64,000 nucleotides of DNA from a bacterium (GCA_021108295.1 JAIORF010000102.1:295963-359962), one strand, 5' to 3'. Positions 31,070 through 41,245 are shown, counted from the first letter of the stretch. The notes: a model not told the origin generated them from the sequence alone. A program made the numbers and translations.

Positions 31070-32386
31070 TTAAACTTCGTAGCTCTGAATAATATCAGTG
31101 GTATCATCTACCTTTGCGTGACGCGCTATTATACTCTGAATTACTCCTAAAGAGAATAGGGTAACCAATGTTACACTTCCTCCAGCACTTACAAGTGGTA
31201 GAGGAATACCTGTAGCTGGGATTGCTCCAGTGTTTGTAGCAATGTTTATAAATACCTCTAGTAGTAATTTCACAGTAAAACCGAGCACTATCATAGCAAA
31301 GTATGGATCATTAGTTAAGAGTATTGTTTTACTAAATCCAAAGAGTATGATTACAGCGAAGAGAAGAAGTAAGAAAATAGCGCCTACTAATCCAAATTCT
31401 TCTGCAAAGGATGCAAATATGAAGTCTGTCTGATGCTCAGGCAAAAAGCTTCTTTTACTTTGAGTACCATTTCCAAAACCCTTACCCCAGATCTTTCCTG
31501 ACCCTATCGCAATTCTTGCTTGGTTTACATTAAATCCTGCATCCCCTGTATCTTCTGCAGGATTGAGATATACCTCAATACGATCTTTTTGGTAATCTCT
31601 TAATACACTATCCCATATTGCACTTGATCCTAGTCCCAATACAATGGAAAGGAGGAAACCTATCACCACAAAGACTCTCCAAGAATCTCTGTAGAAGTAT
31701 GCGAAGATTGCGATGATGAAGGAGATAATGACAAGTACTAGCCATATTGTACTACTAAGAATTGATGCAAGTAAAAAGCCGAATGCACCCAACATGACGA
31801 TACATATGGCTATACTGTTTCTGAATTGATTATCTAGCCCTGTAAAGGCTACGAAGAACCATATAGAGAGGAGAAGTATAGACATGCTACCATCCGGTTG
31901 GAAGTAGGTTAGAAAGAATATTGGTAAAACGAGAAGCAAACTAACTACAAAGAGAATCCATTGGTTAAATCTTACTTTCAATGAAAGAACATATGCTGTA
32001 AGAAAGATAATGGTTATCTTCGCAAACTCTGATGGTTGAAGCTGTATGTCTCCGATAACTACCCATCTTTTTACATTGTTGATTATCGGTCCAAAAAGTA
32101 GTACTGCAAGAAGAGAGAGTAGCGTTATTAGGTATAGAGATAGGATAACTTGCCAACATTTTGAGTATGAGAGGTCTGTTTTTGATAGTACAAAGTATAA
32201 AAGGTACCCTACTATAATAAAAACTAACTGTTTACTTACTATAGAGGTGTCTGTAAAAGTTCCATCAGGTAGTATAGTTGTCGACAATAGAGCTATTAGC
32301 CCTATTATAGAAATGACTATACTTGGAATCAATATTTTGAGTTCAATGTTGAAATTCTTTTTTTGTTTACCTAAGAATGGCTGCAC
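31070..32386 (-). CDS. SEDS family peptidoglycan glycosyltransferase (RodA/FtsW)
   Basis: LQPSEFAK, AIGSG, FLPEHQTDFIF, TGIPLPLVSAGGS. Confidence 0.93.
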   Translation of the reverse strand: MQPFLGKQKKNFNIELKILIPSIVISIIGLIALLSTTILPDGTFTDTSIVSKQLVFIIVGYLLYFVLSKTDLSYSKCWQVILSLYLITLLSLLAVLLFGPIINNVKRWVVIGDIQLQPSEFAKITIIFLTAYVLSLKVRFNQWILFVVSLLLVLPIFFLTYFQPDGSMSILLLSIWFFVAFTGLDNQFRNSIAICIVMLGAFGFLLASILSSTIWLVLVIISFIIAIFAYFYRDSWRVFVVIGFLLSIVLGLGSSAIWDSVLRDYQKDRIEVYLNPAEDTGDAGFNVNQARIAIGSGKIWGKGFGNGTQSKRSFLPEHQTDFIFASFAEEFGLVGAIFLLLLFAVIILFGFSKTILLTNDPYFAMIVLGFTVKLLLEVFINIATNTGAIPATGIPLPLVSAGGSVTLVTLFSLGVIQSIIARHAKVDDTTDIIQSYEV

Positions 32387-32395
32387 AACTCTATA

Positions 32396-33634
32396 TTACT
32401 TCTTTTTCCTCATGAATGCAGGTACATCCAATGGGTCTTTACTGTCAACTTCAAAATCTAGAGATGATTTTTCCTTTTCTGAAGACTCTTTTTCATCTGA
32501 CATATCAAATTCTAGACCACTAGATTTCTTCTCACTAGAAGGGACTTCGTCTTCTTGAAGTTTCTTTTCCATGTTAGGTGTCGTAAATCCAGTAAATACG
32601 TTAGGTGTGCTCTCCTCTTCTTCAATAGGCTGAGAGAAAGTACTGCTATCATCAGATTTCAATTCGGAGGCATATGGCTGATCTGTTTTACCAATACCTG
32701 TAGCTACAATCGTTATTATAATTTCATCACCAAGTTCTTCATTTATCTGTGCGCCAAACTTTATATTGGCAGATGGATCTACAGCCTCTTTGATAAGTTC
32801 TGAGACTAAACTAATCTCTGTTAATGACAAATTCGATCCTACAATATTGTAGAGAATCCCAGTAGCTCCCTCAATAGACATATCTAAAAGAGGACTTGTG
32901 GTTGCAAGCCTTGCAGCTTTTTCAGCCCTATCCTCTCCACTAGCACGACCAATACCCATAAGAGCGGTACCTGCGTTTTGCATTACAGATTTTGCATCAT
33001 TGAAGTCTGCATTGATATATCCTGTTTGACTAATTAGGTTTGAGATACTACTTACACCTTCTGCAAGTACAGAATCCACCATCTTCATAGCCTCAATAAA
33101 GGATACAGAGTCATCAACTATCTCAAGTAATCTCTGATTAGGGACCACTATGAGTGTATCCACTTTATCCTTAAGTGCTGCGAGTCCTTCTTCTGCTACT
33201 ACCTTTCTTCTTTCACCTTCAAAATCAAATGGTTTTGTAACAACGGCTACAGTTAAAGCTCCCATATTCTTTGCTACACCAGCTATAATTGGAGCAGCTC
33301 CAGTACCAGTTCCACCTCCCATACCTGCTGTGATAAATACCATATTCGCACCATCTACCAACTCTTGTATCTGATCTAAACTCTCTTCTGCAGATTGAGC
33401 TCCTAGTTCATGATTACCTCCAACACCCAAACCTTTAGTTAGTTCTTCTCCTAACTGTAATGTTGTAGGCGCAAGGGACTGTTTAAGAGATTGAGCATCT
33501 GTATTCAAGGAAACGAAATCTACACCTGGGATATCATAATCACCTATCATTGTGTTAACGGCATTACAGCCACCACCACCCACTCCTACGACCTTGATGT
33601 CCACTACACTATCTGCACTTGTTGTAACTAGCAT
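32396..33634 (-). CDS. ftsZ: Cell division protein FtsZ
   Basis: GVGGGGCNA, GMGGGTGTG, C-terminal LDVPAFMRK. Confidence 0.98.
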   Translation of the reverse strand: MLVTTSADSVVDIKVVGVGGGGCNAVNTMIGDYDIPGVDFVSLNTDAQSLKQSLAPTTLQLGEELTKGLGVGGNHELGAQSAEESLDQIQELVDGANMVFITAGMGGGTGTGAAPIIAGVAKNMGALTVAVVTKPFDFEGERRKVVAEEGLAALKDKVDTLIVVPNQRLLEIVDDSVSFIEAMKMVDSVLAEGVSSISNLISQTGYINADFNDAKSVMQNAGTALMGIGRASGEDRAEKAARLATTSPLLDMSIEGATGILYNIVGSNLSLTEISLVSELIKEAVDPSANIKFGAQINEELGDEIIITIVATGIGKTDQPYASELKSDDSSTFSQPIEEEESTPNVFTGFTTPNMEKKLQEDEVPSSEKKSSGLEFDMSDEKESSEKEKSSLDFEVDSKDPLDVPAFMRKKK

Positions 33635-33656
33635 TTCTATTAATTAAAAATTTATC

Positions 33657-34958
33657 TTAAGGCAGTAATGACTTGAACCAATCTGTAATTTTACCAAATA
33701 TTCCTCCCATATCAACTTTTTTACTTTCAGTATTATTAACATCCACTTCATCATCTAACGCATGTTTGATAAGGCCCTGTACACAAGAGTATGAAGGATC
33801 AGAGATTTCCTCTGTCATACCACTTAGACCAGAAGCATATCCAATTCTAGCAGGGACACCAAATACACCTTGTGTAAACTTTGTAATACCACTTAACAAA
33901 CTTGTACCTCCAGTAAGTACAATACCAGCAGGCATAGCAATCTCGTATCCAGCTCTTTCTACATTCTCTTTTGCCATATCAAATATTTCTTCACTTCTTG
34001 CTTCTACAATATCTTTTAGCATTTCTTTTGTCACTGTTTTTTCTGTTTCAATATTTATTAACGAAAGATCGAGTAAATCACCCTTAGGTTTGTCCTCTTT
34101 CTTCTCTTCAACAATCTTTCTTAGAAGAGCAGGTGTCTTATCCGTTTTCTTGTCGACTTCCATACGCTTATCAGAAAGTAATTCATCCATATTTACTTTA
34201 ATCTTTTCTGCGTCTTCTAATGACACTTGGAGACCAATTGCAATATCACTTGTAATATTGACCCCACCAAGTGGAATACAACCACTGTATATTATTGCTC
34301 CCTCTTGAAAAATAGCTATACTTGTTGTACCAGTACCAATATCGAGTAATGTAACACCCAACTCCTTCTCAGTATCAGTAAGTACTGCAGCAGCTGATGC
34401 CCATCCGGTAAATACCACATCATATACATTAAGACCTAGTTGCTCTACACACTTCTTAAGATTTTGCCAATATGAATTTGGTGCAGTAATTATATGTGTC
34501 TCTACTTCTAATCTTCCACCACTCATTCCAATTGGATATTTAATTCCACCTTGATTATCTACCATAAATTCTCTAGGGATGATGTGTATTGGATTAAGGT
34601 TTTCAGGCAAAGAGAGTGTACGAGCATTTTCAATAGCTCTGTATGTGTCATCAATGGTAATCTCTGAACCTGCCACTGCGACAACCCCCTTATTATTAAG
34701 ACTGGTAACTAAATCTCCATTAATGGATACATAAACATCTGAAACAGTAACCCCTGCCATTCTTTCTGCAGCATTTACACTCTCAGAAATTGCATTTGTA
34801 GCTTCATCAATATTTACAACAACACCTTTCTTAATTCCCTTACTTGGATGTGAACATACTCCAATTACGGTTGGTTTACTATCCTCTTCCACTGCTGATA
34901 TTACTGTAGTGATCTTCGATGTACCTACATCAATTGCTGTTATAATTTTTCGTGCCAT
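33657..34958 (-). CDS. ftsA: Cell division protein FtsA
   Basis: IDVGTSK, LDIGTGTT, VLTGGT, amphipathic C-terminus WFKSLLP. Confidence 0.96.
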   Translation of the reverse strand: MARKIITAIDVGTSKITTVISAVEEDSKPTVIGVCSHPSKGIKKGVVVNIDEATNAISESVNAAERMAGVTVSDVYVSINGDLVTSLNNKGVVAVAGSEITIDDTYRAIENARTLSLPENLNPIHIIPREFMVDNQGGIKYPIGMSGGRLEVETHIITAPNSYWQNLKKCVEQLGLNVYDVVFTGWASAAAVLTDTEKELGVTLLDIGTGTTSIAIFQEGAIIYSGCIPLGGVNITSDIAIGLQVSLEDAEKIKVNMDELLSDKRMEVDKKTDKTPALLRKIVEEKKEDKPKGDLLDLSLINIETEKTVTKEMLKDIVEARSEEIFDMAKENVERAGYEIAMPAGIVLTGGTSLLSGITKFTQGVFGVPARIGYASGLSGMTEEISDPSYSCVQGLIKHALDDEVDVNNTESKKVDMGGIFGKITDWFKSLLP

Positions 34959-35044
34959 TTGTTTTACTTGATAGAAATTACATCAAAAAGAACTCTGTTT
35001 TCGTAGTACTAATATAATAAAAAACAGGAATAGATGCAAGTACC

Positions 35045-35824
35045 TTAGAGAAGTTCCATAACAGGTCTTTCAAATCTCATGTCTAAATATTTATATTCTA
35101 TACTCTCGATATTAACCTTTTCTAATATCAAATACAATTTTGCAAGCTGCTCATCAAAACTATTAGCAGACTCTATCACTATTTCTCTCGGTCCATCCGA
35201 GATTCTTAAAACATCTTCATCCACCTCTATTGTAGATATTTCCCAGACGAATTCTTCCAGAACTTGTACTACCTGAGATATCTCACTATCAAATATTAAT
35301 CTCTTGTCTGCTACAATGTTTTGACTTGTAGACAACTGTATACCATTTTCAAGATTGCAGACTTCATATTCAGACTCTTTTTCAAGTATTAGACCCTCTT
35401 GGGAGAAAATGTAACAATTTTCTCCATATTCAAGGTAGTACATAGGATTATATTCTTCTATAGTAAGAGTAATAGAATTGGGAAAAATCTTTTGTGCATC
35501 AACATCTTTCACATACCCATTAACCTCAAATATTTCCTGTTTAAGTTCTTTTAGATCCAACGAGAAGTATCCTTCCCCTAAATATTTATCTGTAGCTTCT
35601 GATAGATTTGTTACATATTGTAGCTCTTTGCTGTGTTCAATCTTTTTGATTTGGAATACTCCTAACCATGTTAGTAAAGTAATCGTAAGTATTATTATAA
35701 GGATTATAATAAAAGGTTTGAGTATTTTAAACCATTTCTTACGAGAGAGTTTTTTATAAAAGGATATCTTTAGGGTAGTTTCTTCTTTATCCTTATGACG
35801 GTTTTTGAATTGAGCAATGTCCAT
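35045..35824 (-). CDS. ftsQ: Cell division protein FtsQ/DivIB
   Basis: TM, POTRA (KIFPNSITLTIEE), YLDMRF; upstream of ftsA. Confidence 0.82.
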   Translation of the reverse strand: MDIAQFKNRHKDKEETTLKISFYKKLSRKKWFKILKPFIIILIIILTITLLTWLGVFQIKKIEHSKELQYVTNLSEATDKYLGEGYFSLDLKELKQEIFEVNGYVKDVDAQKIFPNSITLTIEEYNPMYYLEYGENCYIFSQEGLILEKESEYEVCNLENGIQLSTSQNIVADKRLIFDSEISQVVQVLEEFVWEISTIEVDEDVLRISDGPREIVIESANSFDEQLAKLYLILEKVNIESIEYKYLDMRFERPVMELL

Positions 35825-35857
35825 ATATGTATATTAACATATTTTACTACCACTTCT

Positions 35858-37117
35858 TTACCCAGTAAGATTCTCCATTCTGTTTAACAAATATTCAGAT
35901 ATCGGAATCTCCATATTAGTATTGGGATCATCAATAGAAAAAGTCTCTAGTTTTTCTAAAACAGCACCTAATTCTCGTTCCACTTGTTCTCTATTCATCT
36001 CGAATGTCTCTGCAATTTCAGACGGATGATGGGGATTATTAACAAAAGCAATTCCAAAACGTAAACAAACTAATCTGTATTCTCTCTCGGACAGGTTCTC
36101 ACATAAAAGATATGGTAATTCACATAAGTCTGTTAGACTTGTTGCTAATTCCTTGTCAGATATCTCACTTATATTCAACTTAAGGATACTCCCAGATTCT
36201 ATCGACCACAAAACGGAGCTACTTATCTGTTGCGCTTGCTGTTTTGACATATCAAATATCCTCGAGATTCCCCGAAAAGTCATAACATCTCCAAGAATTC
36301 CAGATCTAAGCATATAGATTCCAAAAGTACGCAGATTTCTTACTTTGCAATACCTTAAAATCTTTTTAAGAGTTTCTGAAACTTCCATCCTCTCGTCAAG
36401 CATACTTAAACCATCATTTTCTTTGGAAAGATAATTATGCGCCTTATCTCTATCTCTAAAATCGACAGATTCATCATTTAACGAAAAGGGTTCGTTCATT
36501 GCCCTCACTGCTGCAACCCTATTTTCTATCTTTACTTTGCTATATCCAAGTTCTATGCAACGACTTCGTACTCCCTCTTCTGTAAGTAATTCATCAAGTT
36601 TAAACACATCTTCGGACATATTCACAGGAACTTGAATCAAATTCCCGTGTTCTTGTAAGTGGCTCGATATTGCTTCTTTTATCCACCATATAGCATAGGT
36701 AGAAAACCTTTTATTCCTACTAGCCTTCTCTAAATCAAATTTCCTTAAAGCAATGACTATTCCCCATCGACCTTCCTGAAGAAGTTCTTCTCTTTCTGCA
36801 TGTTTGCTATAACCTCTTTGTTTTTTATACAAACTTAGAACCAATCCTCCATTTCTACAAACAAACTCCTTTTCAATCTCATAAATCTCCTCTTGTAACG
36901 AATTATCTTCCTTATGAACTTCAAACTCTTTTCTTAATATTGCATATCGTTCTAATTGAGCTCTCTCTTCCTCTGGTGTAAACAGAGGATACTCAGCCGT
37001 CAATCTTTTCATTTCGGCAAAAAGCCAACTATCTGAGGTATCAAGATATACCTCCTTCTCTGGAATTCCTTCTGCTCTTACAATTTCTTTATCTACACTC
37101 TTTATCTTATGTGTCAT
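35858..37117 (-). CDS. Divergent sigma-70 family sigma factor, tandem copy B (two region-4-like domains)
   Basis: ELLQEG...RKFD...FSTYAIWWI (region 2); LSEREYRLVCLRFG second region 4. Confidence 0.82.
   Translation of the reverse strand: MTHKIKSVDKEIVRAEGIPEKEVYLDTSDSWLFAEMKRLTAEYPLFTPEEERAQLERYAILRKEFEVHKEDNSLQEEIYEIEKEFVCRNGGLVLSLYKKQRGYSKHAEREELLQEGRWGIVIALRKFDLEKASRNKRFSTYAIWWIKEAISSHLQEHGNLIQVPVNMSEDVFKLDELLTEEGVRSRCIELGYSKVKIENRVAAVRAMNEPFSLNDESVDFRDRDKAHNYLSKENDGLSMLDERMEVSETLKKILRYCKVRNLRTFGIYMLRSGILGDVMTFRGISRIFDMSKQQAQQISSSVLWSIESGSILKLNISEISDKELATSLTDLCELPYLLCENLSEREYRLVCLRFGIAFVNNPHHPSEIAETFEMNREQVERELGAVLEKLETFSIDDPNTNMEIPISEYLLNRMENLTG
36047..36174. repeat. 128-bp exact direct repeat (copy 1; copy 2 at 37356..37483)
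   Basis: Identical by eye, offset 1309 bp equals the gene period. Confidence 0.9.
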
Positions 37118-37129
37118 GACTTAAATAGA

Positions 37130-37145
37130 TCTAGTGGGGAGTAAA
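37130..37145 (-). promoter_or_regulatory. Conserved 16-nt upstream element TTTACTCCCCACTAGA (copy 1)
   Basis: Identical 16-mer 11-12 nt upstream of both sigma ATGs. Confidence 0.6.
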
Positions 37146-37166
37146 ATATAATTATATTACAGTTCC

Positions 37167-38426
37167 TTACTTCGTAAAATTTCTTAAATTAGACAAATAC
37201 TCAGATACTGTAATCTCCGTATTAGTATTGGGATCATCTATGAGAAGAACTTCCAATTTCTCCATAATGGTGTCCAATTCTTGCTCTACTTGTTCTGTAT
37301 TTGTTTTTAATGTTTCTGCAATTTCAGACAATGGACAAGGTTTATTATCAATAAGAGCAATTCCAAAACGTAAACAAACTAATCTGTATTCTCTCTCGGA
37401 CAGGTTCTCACATAAAAGATATGGTAATTCACATAAGTCTGTTAGACTTGTTGCTAATTCCTTGTCAGATATCTCACTTATATCCAATTTACCAATCCTT
37501 CCATATACTACATTTCTTCGTACTCCATCAGTTATTTGCCTTACTCTCTCTCGTGATATGTTAAATATCTTTCCAACCTCTTCTAGTGTCATACCACATC
37601 CAAGAACTCCAGCTTTAAGCATAAACATTCCGAAATCCCGTATGTTTTTCTCTTTGTAATACTTAAGAATTTTCTTGGAGACTTCTGTAACCAACAGTCT
37701 ATTTTCTACTCGTCTACGAGTTGCCTCCCAGTCATTATTTGAAAGCTTCTGATATCCATTCTTACAATTCTCAGGTTCTTCATCTAATGACTCCTGCGAT
37801 GCTGCTCTAACTGCTGCAATTAACGCTTTCGTTTTTTGTTCTTTATACCCAAGCTCTTCACAACGGGCTCGAACAGCCTTTTCCGTTAATGGTAATGGAC
37901 AATTAAGTTTTGACAAAGCCCAATGAGTACTTGCAGAAACTCGCATTACACTTCTATTTTCTCTCTGATATCGCTCCATGAACGATTTAAGCCACCAACA
38001 TGCATAAGTAGAGAATTTTTTATTTCCTCCTATCTTGGCTAAATCAAACTTTCTTAAAGCCCAAACTATTGCCCAGCGACCTTCTTGGATAAGGTCATCT
38101 GCATCTGCAAATTTAGCAGGGTCCTTTATTTTACTATATTGTTTTAGAATTAATCCTCCATTTCTACAAACAAACTCGTTTTCAATCTCATTAATTTGAT
38201 CCTCAATTTTAGACACATTCCCATTATTACTATCCTTTAACTCTTTTCTCAATTTTGCATATCGTTCTAATTGAGCTCGCTCAACCTCTGGTGCAAATAC
38301 TGGGTACTCAGCTATCCATCTTTTTGTCTCGATAAAAATCCTACTCCTTGAGTTATCAAGATAATCCTCAGTTCTTTCCATTGTTATTGTAGATCCTTCA
38401 ACCTCACTCCCTGCATTGTTTAGCAT
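37167..38426 (-). CDS. Divergent sigma-70 family sigma factor, tandem copy A (two region-4-like domains)
   Basis: DLIQEG...KFSTYACWW; MTLEEVGKIFNISRERVRQI; second LSEREYRLVCLRFG. Confidence 0.87.
   Translation of the reverse strand: MLNNAGSEVEGSTITMERTEDYLDNSRSRIFIETKRWIAEYPVFAPEVERAQLERYAKLRKELKDSNNGNVSKIEDQINEIENEFVCRNGGLILKQYSKIKDPAKFADADDLIQEGRWAIVWALRKFDLAKIGGNKKFSTYACWWLKSFMERYQRENRSVMRVSASTHWALSKLNCPLPLTEKAVRARCEELGYKEQKTKALIAAVRAASQESLDEEPENCKNGYQKLSNNDWEATRRRVENRLLVTEVSKKILKYYKEKNIRDFGMFMLKAGVLGCGMTLEEVGKIFNISRERVRQITDGVRRNVVYGRIGKLDISEISDKELATSLTDLCELPYLLCENLSEREYRLVCLRFGIALIDNKPCPLSEIAETLKTNTEQVEQELDTIMEKLEVLLIDDPNTNTEITVSEYLSNLRNFTK
37356..37483. repeat. 128-bp exact direct repeat (copy 2)
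   Basis: Identical to 36047..36174. Confidence 0.9.
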
Positions 38427-38437
38427 GTTCTAATTAG

Positions 38438-38453
38438 TCTAGTGGGGAGTAAA
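38438..38453 (-). promoter_or_regulatory. Conserved 16-nt upstream element TTTACTCCCCACTAGA (copy 2)
   Basis: Begins 5 nt after the tRNA-Gly(GCC) CCA end. Confidence 0.6.
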
Positions 38454-38458
38454 TAAAT

Positions 38459-38535
38459 TGGAGCGAGAGACGGGATTCGAACCCGCGACCTACACATTGG
38501 CAATGTGTCGTTCTAGCCAACTGAACTACTCTCGC
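38459..38535 (-). tRNA. tRNA-Gly(GCC)
   Basis: GCGAGAG...ACACA-TTGCCAA-TGTGT...CTCTCGC-TCCA. Confidence 0.96.
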
Positions 38536-38539
38536 CTAC

Positions 38540-38615
38540 TGGTGCCTAGACCCAGGCTTGAACTGGGGACCCCATGTTTTTCAGACATGTGCTCTACCAA
38601 CTGAGCTATCTAGGC
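38540..38615 (-). tRNA. tRNA-Phe(GAA)
   Basis: GCCTAGA...CATGT-CTGAAAA-ACATG...TCTAGGC-ACCA. Confidence 0.96.
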
Positions 38616-38625
38616 AACAGATGTA

Positions 38626-39717
38626 TTATATACTGTTTCTAACCAAATCTTCAACCTCTTTTCTAAATCTCTCTTTACTAAATCTCTCTACACTCTTTAC
38701 CATACTCCCAATATCCCAGCTCATACTCACCAACCTCTCTAAACCCTCTCTAAAACTCTCTACTGTATTCTCAGTGTAAAAGCCCCCATTAACTCCCTCT
38801 ACTACACTCTCCATATACCCACCCTTCTTGAGAGCCAATACAGGAGTACCACAACTAATACTCTCTACAGGAAATATCCCAAAATCCTCAATTCCAGAGA
38901 CAAGAAAACCACTAGCCTGAGACATTATTTTATACTTCTCACTATCACTAATCCTACCCACAAATTCAATATTGCTACTACCCCTAGCCAACCTCTTTAA
39001 ACGCTTACTACCTCTACCCTCACCAATTACCTTTAAATTAAACTTTAATTCTTTAGCACACTCTATGAGGAACTCTCCCCCCTTGTTCTCTGCAAAAGGA
39101 GCACCCGCTACAAAGTAATTCCCCCTATCCTGATATTCAATCAATTTACCACTATACAAATTAACAGGAGGATATATTACCCTCTCTACATCTCTGCCCC
39201 AATATCTTTTACACCTCTGTGCAACAAACTTAGAATTAGAAACAAGAATATCTGGTCTAGAAGAAGACATAACGTCCCAAATACGAAGGTAATTAAGAAA
39301 TGGAGCCTTCAAAAGCCCATACTTACTGTAAATATCTTTTAAATCCCATAAGTACCTCAAAGGAGTATGAATATATGAAATATGTAAACTCTCCTGAGAA
39401 GTAATACACCCCTTGGCTATACCATGACTAGACGATATTACAAGATCGTAATTAGACAAATCGAAGGTCTCTACAGCTACTGGCCAAAGAGGTAGATAAA
39501 AAGTATATAACTTTTGAATAAAGGGAAATCTATTTAAAAACGAAAACCTAACCTCCCTATCTCTTAAATACCTCTCTACAAACTTCTTACTCCCATACAA
39601 AGAAAATATATCAGCCTCAGGAAAAAGATTAGCCAATTCTAAATTAACCACATTTGCACCACCCATTGAAAATAGATTCTCGACTACCAATGCAATTTTA
39701 AAACCCTTACTTTTCAT
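38626..39717 (-). CDS. Glycosyltransferase family 4 protein
   Basis: YDLVISSSH, YIHTPLRYLWD, EDFGIFPVESISCGTPV. Confidence 0.92.
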   Translation of the reverse strand: MKSKGFKIALVVENLFSMGGANVVNLELANLFPEADIFSLYGSKKFVERYLRDREVRFSFLNRFPFIQKLYTFYLPLWPVAVETFDLSNYDLVISSSHGIAKGCITSQESLHISYIHTPLRYLWDLKDIYSKYGLLKAPFLNYLRIWDVMSSSRPDILVSNSKFVAQRCKRYWGRDVERVIYPPVNLYSGKLIEYQDRGNYFVAGAPFAENKGGEFLIECAKELKFNLKVIGEGRGSKRLKRLARGSSNIEFVGRISDSEKYKIMSQASGFLVSGIEDFGIFPVESISCGTPVLALKKGGYMESVVEGVNGGFYTENTVESFREGLERLVSMSWDIGSMVKSVERFSKERFRKEVEDLVRNSI

Positions 39718-40402
39718 AAACTACAACAGTACCAAATTTCCTCCTAGTAATCTCTGGCTTACTAGTAATTATAACCCCGGCAACAAGAATTAGGAAACCA
39801 CCCGCTAAAAATGGAATATGCTTACGCTCAAGAGCAGTCTGAGTAAGCTCTCCAAACCTATATGCTCCATCCATAGGTTTAGTAGTCAACACATTGTAAG
39901 GAGGACTACCATCAGTTATAAGTACAGATTGGAATAGGTCATCACTACCAGTAAATTCCCACACCAAAGAAATATCCGCATCACCCTTTGTAACTATCTC
40001 AAACTCTAGTCTAGCAAAAAGGTCAGAGTCCCCAGAGGTCTTATAAAGGACACCACTACCCGATTGTGTAAACCCTGTAAGCATCACTACACCATCGGTA
40101 TTATCCAGCGTACTTTCATCATCAGGCCACTGATCGAAGAGAGAATTATTTCTACTAGCCTTAGATATTTGGAGAACTTCTGGATCAAAACTAATAACCA
40201 TCCTTGCTTTGCTTAAATCATATTCACCACTATCTATTAGTACATCTACTATGAAACCCTCTTCTCTATTCTTTACAACACCACTACTTGGATAAAGCTC
40301 AAAACTTGGTGAAGATGCCTTTACTACTGGAGAAAAGAGCATAGGACAAACTACTATACTGAAAACAATAAAAAGTTTTATAAAATCTTTTTTGACTATC
40401 AT
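39707..40402 (-). CDS. Exported cohesin-like domain protein with C-terminal TM
   Basis: Signal peptide, LYPSSG...VDVLIDS...ISFDPEVLQI; start at 40402 follows TGGTAATAT. Confidence 0.7.
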   Translation of the reverse strand: MIVKKDFIKLFIVFSIVVCPMLFSPVVKASSPSFELYPSSGVVKNREEGFIVDVLIDSGEYDLSKARMVISFDPEVLQISKASRNNSLFDQWPDDESTLDNTDGVVMLTGFTQSGSGVLYKTSGDSDLFARLEFEIVTKGDADISLVWEFTGSDDLFQSVLITDGSPPYNVLTTKPMDGAYRFGELTQTALERKHIPFLAGGFLILVAGVIITSKPEITRRKFGTVVVYEK

Positions 40403-40447
40403 ATTAGAAAATATTACCATAAAAGAAATAAGATTAGGAATACTACC

Positions 40448-41245
40448 ATGGATACAATAAAAATATTAACACTTTCGATTATACAGGGTATAACAGAATT
40501 GTTACCAGTATCAAGCAGTGGACACGTACTTGTAATAGGTAGACTCCTCAATCTTGATATATCTAATCACACAGCATTCCTTTCAACCTTGCACCTAGGT
40601 ACAACACTCGCTATTATAGTTTTCTTTAGAGAAGAACTCTTCGAGAACTTCTTTACTAAATCTAAACTCACGTTCTTTCTTAAACTACTCTTAGCCTCTC
40701 TACCTGTAGCAATGATTGGCTTTCTCTTCGAAGACTACATTGCCCAGTTCTATTATGGGAACCTCACCATCGCGATATTACTCATTGTTGTTGGTACGCT
40801 TTTTATAATCGCAGAAAACATTAACTTTAAAACAGTTAATCTTAAACCAAAAGAAGTACCACTTAGAAAAATGATACTGATTGGTATTGGCCAAACACTG
40901 GCACTAATACCTGGAACTTCTAGATCTGGAATTACAACTCTTAGTGGCATGATGTGCGGATTAAGTAAATATAGTGCCCTAAAATTCGGATTTATTCTAG
41001 GGATACCCATACTACTTGGAAGTAGTCTCTACGAGATTATCAAATCATACATAGAGACACCAGACAACTCTATAACCACAACCTCCCTCTCTATTGTGAA
41101 AATGCTTCCTGCAATAGCGATGACCTTTCTAGTCGGATATTTTGCACTATATGTTATAGAGAGATTTCAAAAGAAAAAATGGTTAACAATCTTTGGAATT
41201 TATAGATTAACAGTTGGATTATTAATATTAATATTTACTATATAA
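40448..41245 (+). CDS. uppP: Undecaprenyl-diphosphate phosphatase
   Basis: QGITELLPVSSSGH, IPGTSRSG, FGIYR. Confidence 0.95.
   Translation: MDTIKILTLSIIQGITELLPVSSSGHVLVIGRLLNLDISNHTAFLSTLHLGTTLAIIVFFREELFENFFTKSKLTFFLKLLLASLPVAMIGFLFEDYIAQFYYGNLTIAILLIVVGTLFIIAENINFKTVNLKPKEVPLRKMILIGIGQTLALIPGTSRSGITTLSGMMCGLSKYSALKFGFILGIPILLGSSLYEIIKSYIETPDNSITTTSLSIVKMLPAIAMTFLVGYFALYVIERFQKKKWLTIFGIYRLTVGLLILIFTI

Noticed and set aside
33673-34308. 211-aa + strand ORF (also 54572..55249 and 49550..50242)
   Set aside because: Antisense to well-supported genes; explained by codon bias.
35842-35856. TTTTACTACCACT resembling the sigma upstream 16-mer in inverted orientation
   Set aside because: Partial AT-rich match overlapping the ftsQ promoter region; cannot be distinguished from chance.
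36047-37483. DGR-like TR/VR pair in the sigma genes
   Set aside because: The block is identical rather than A-mutated, and no reverse transcriptase is in the window.
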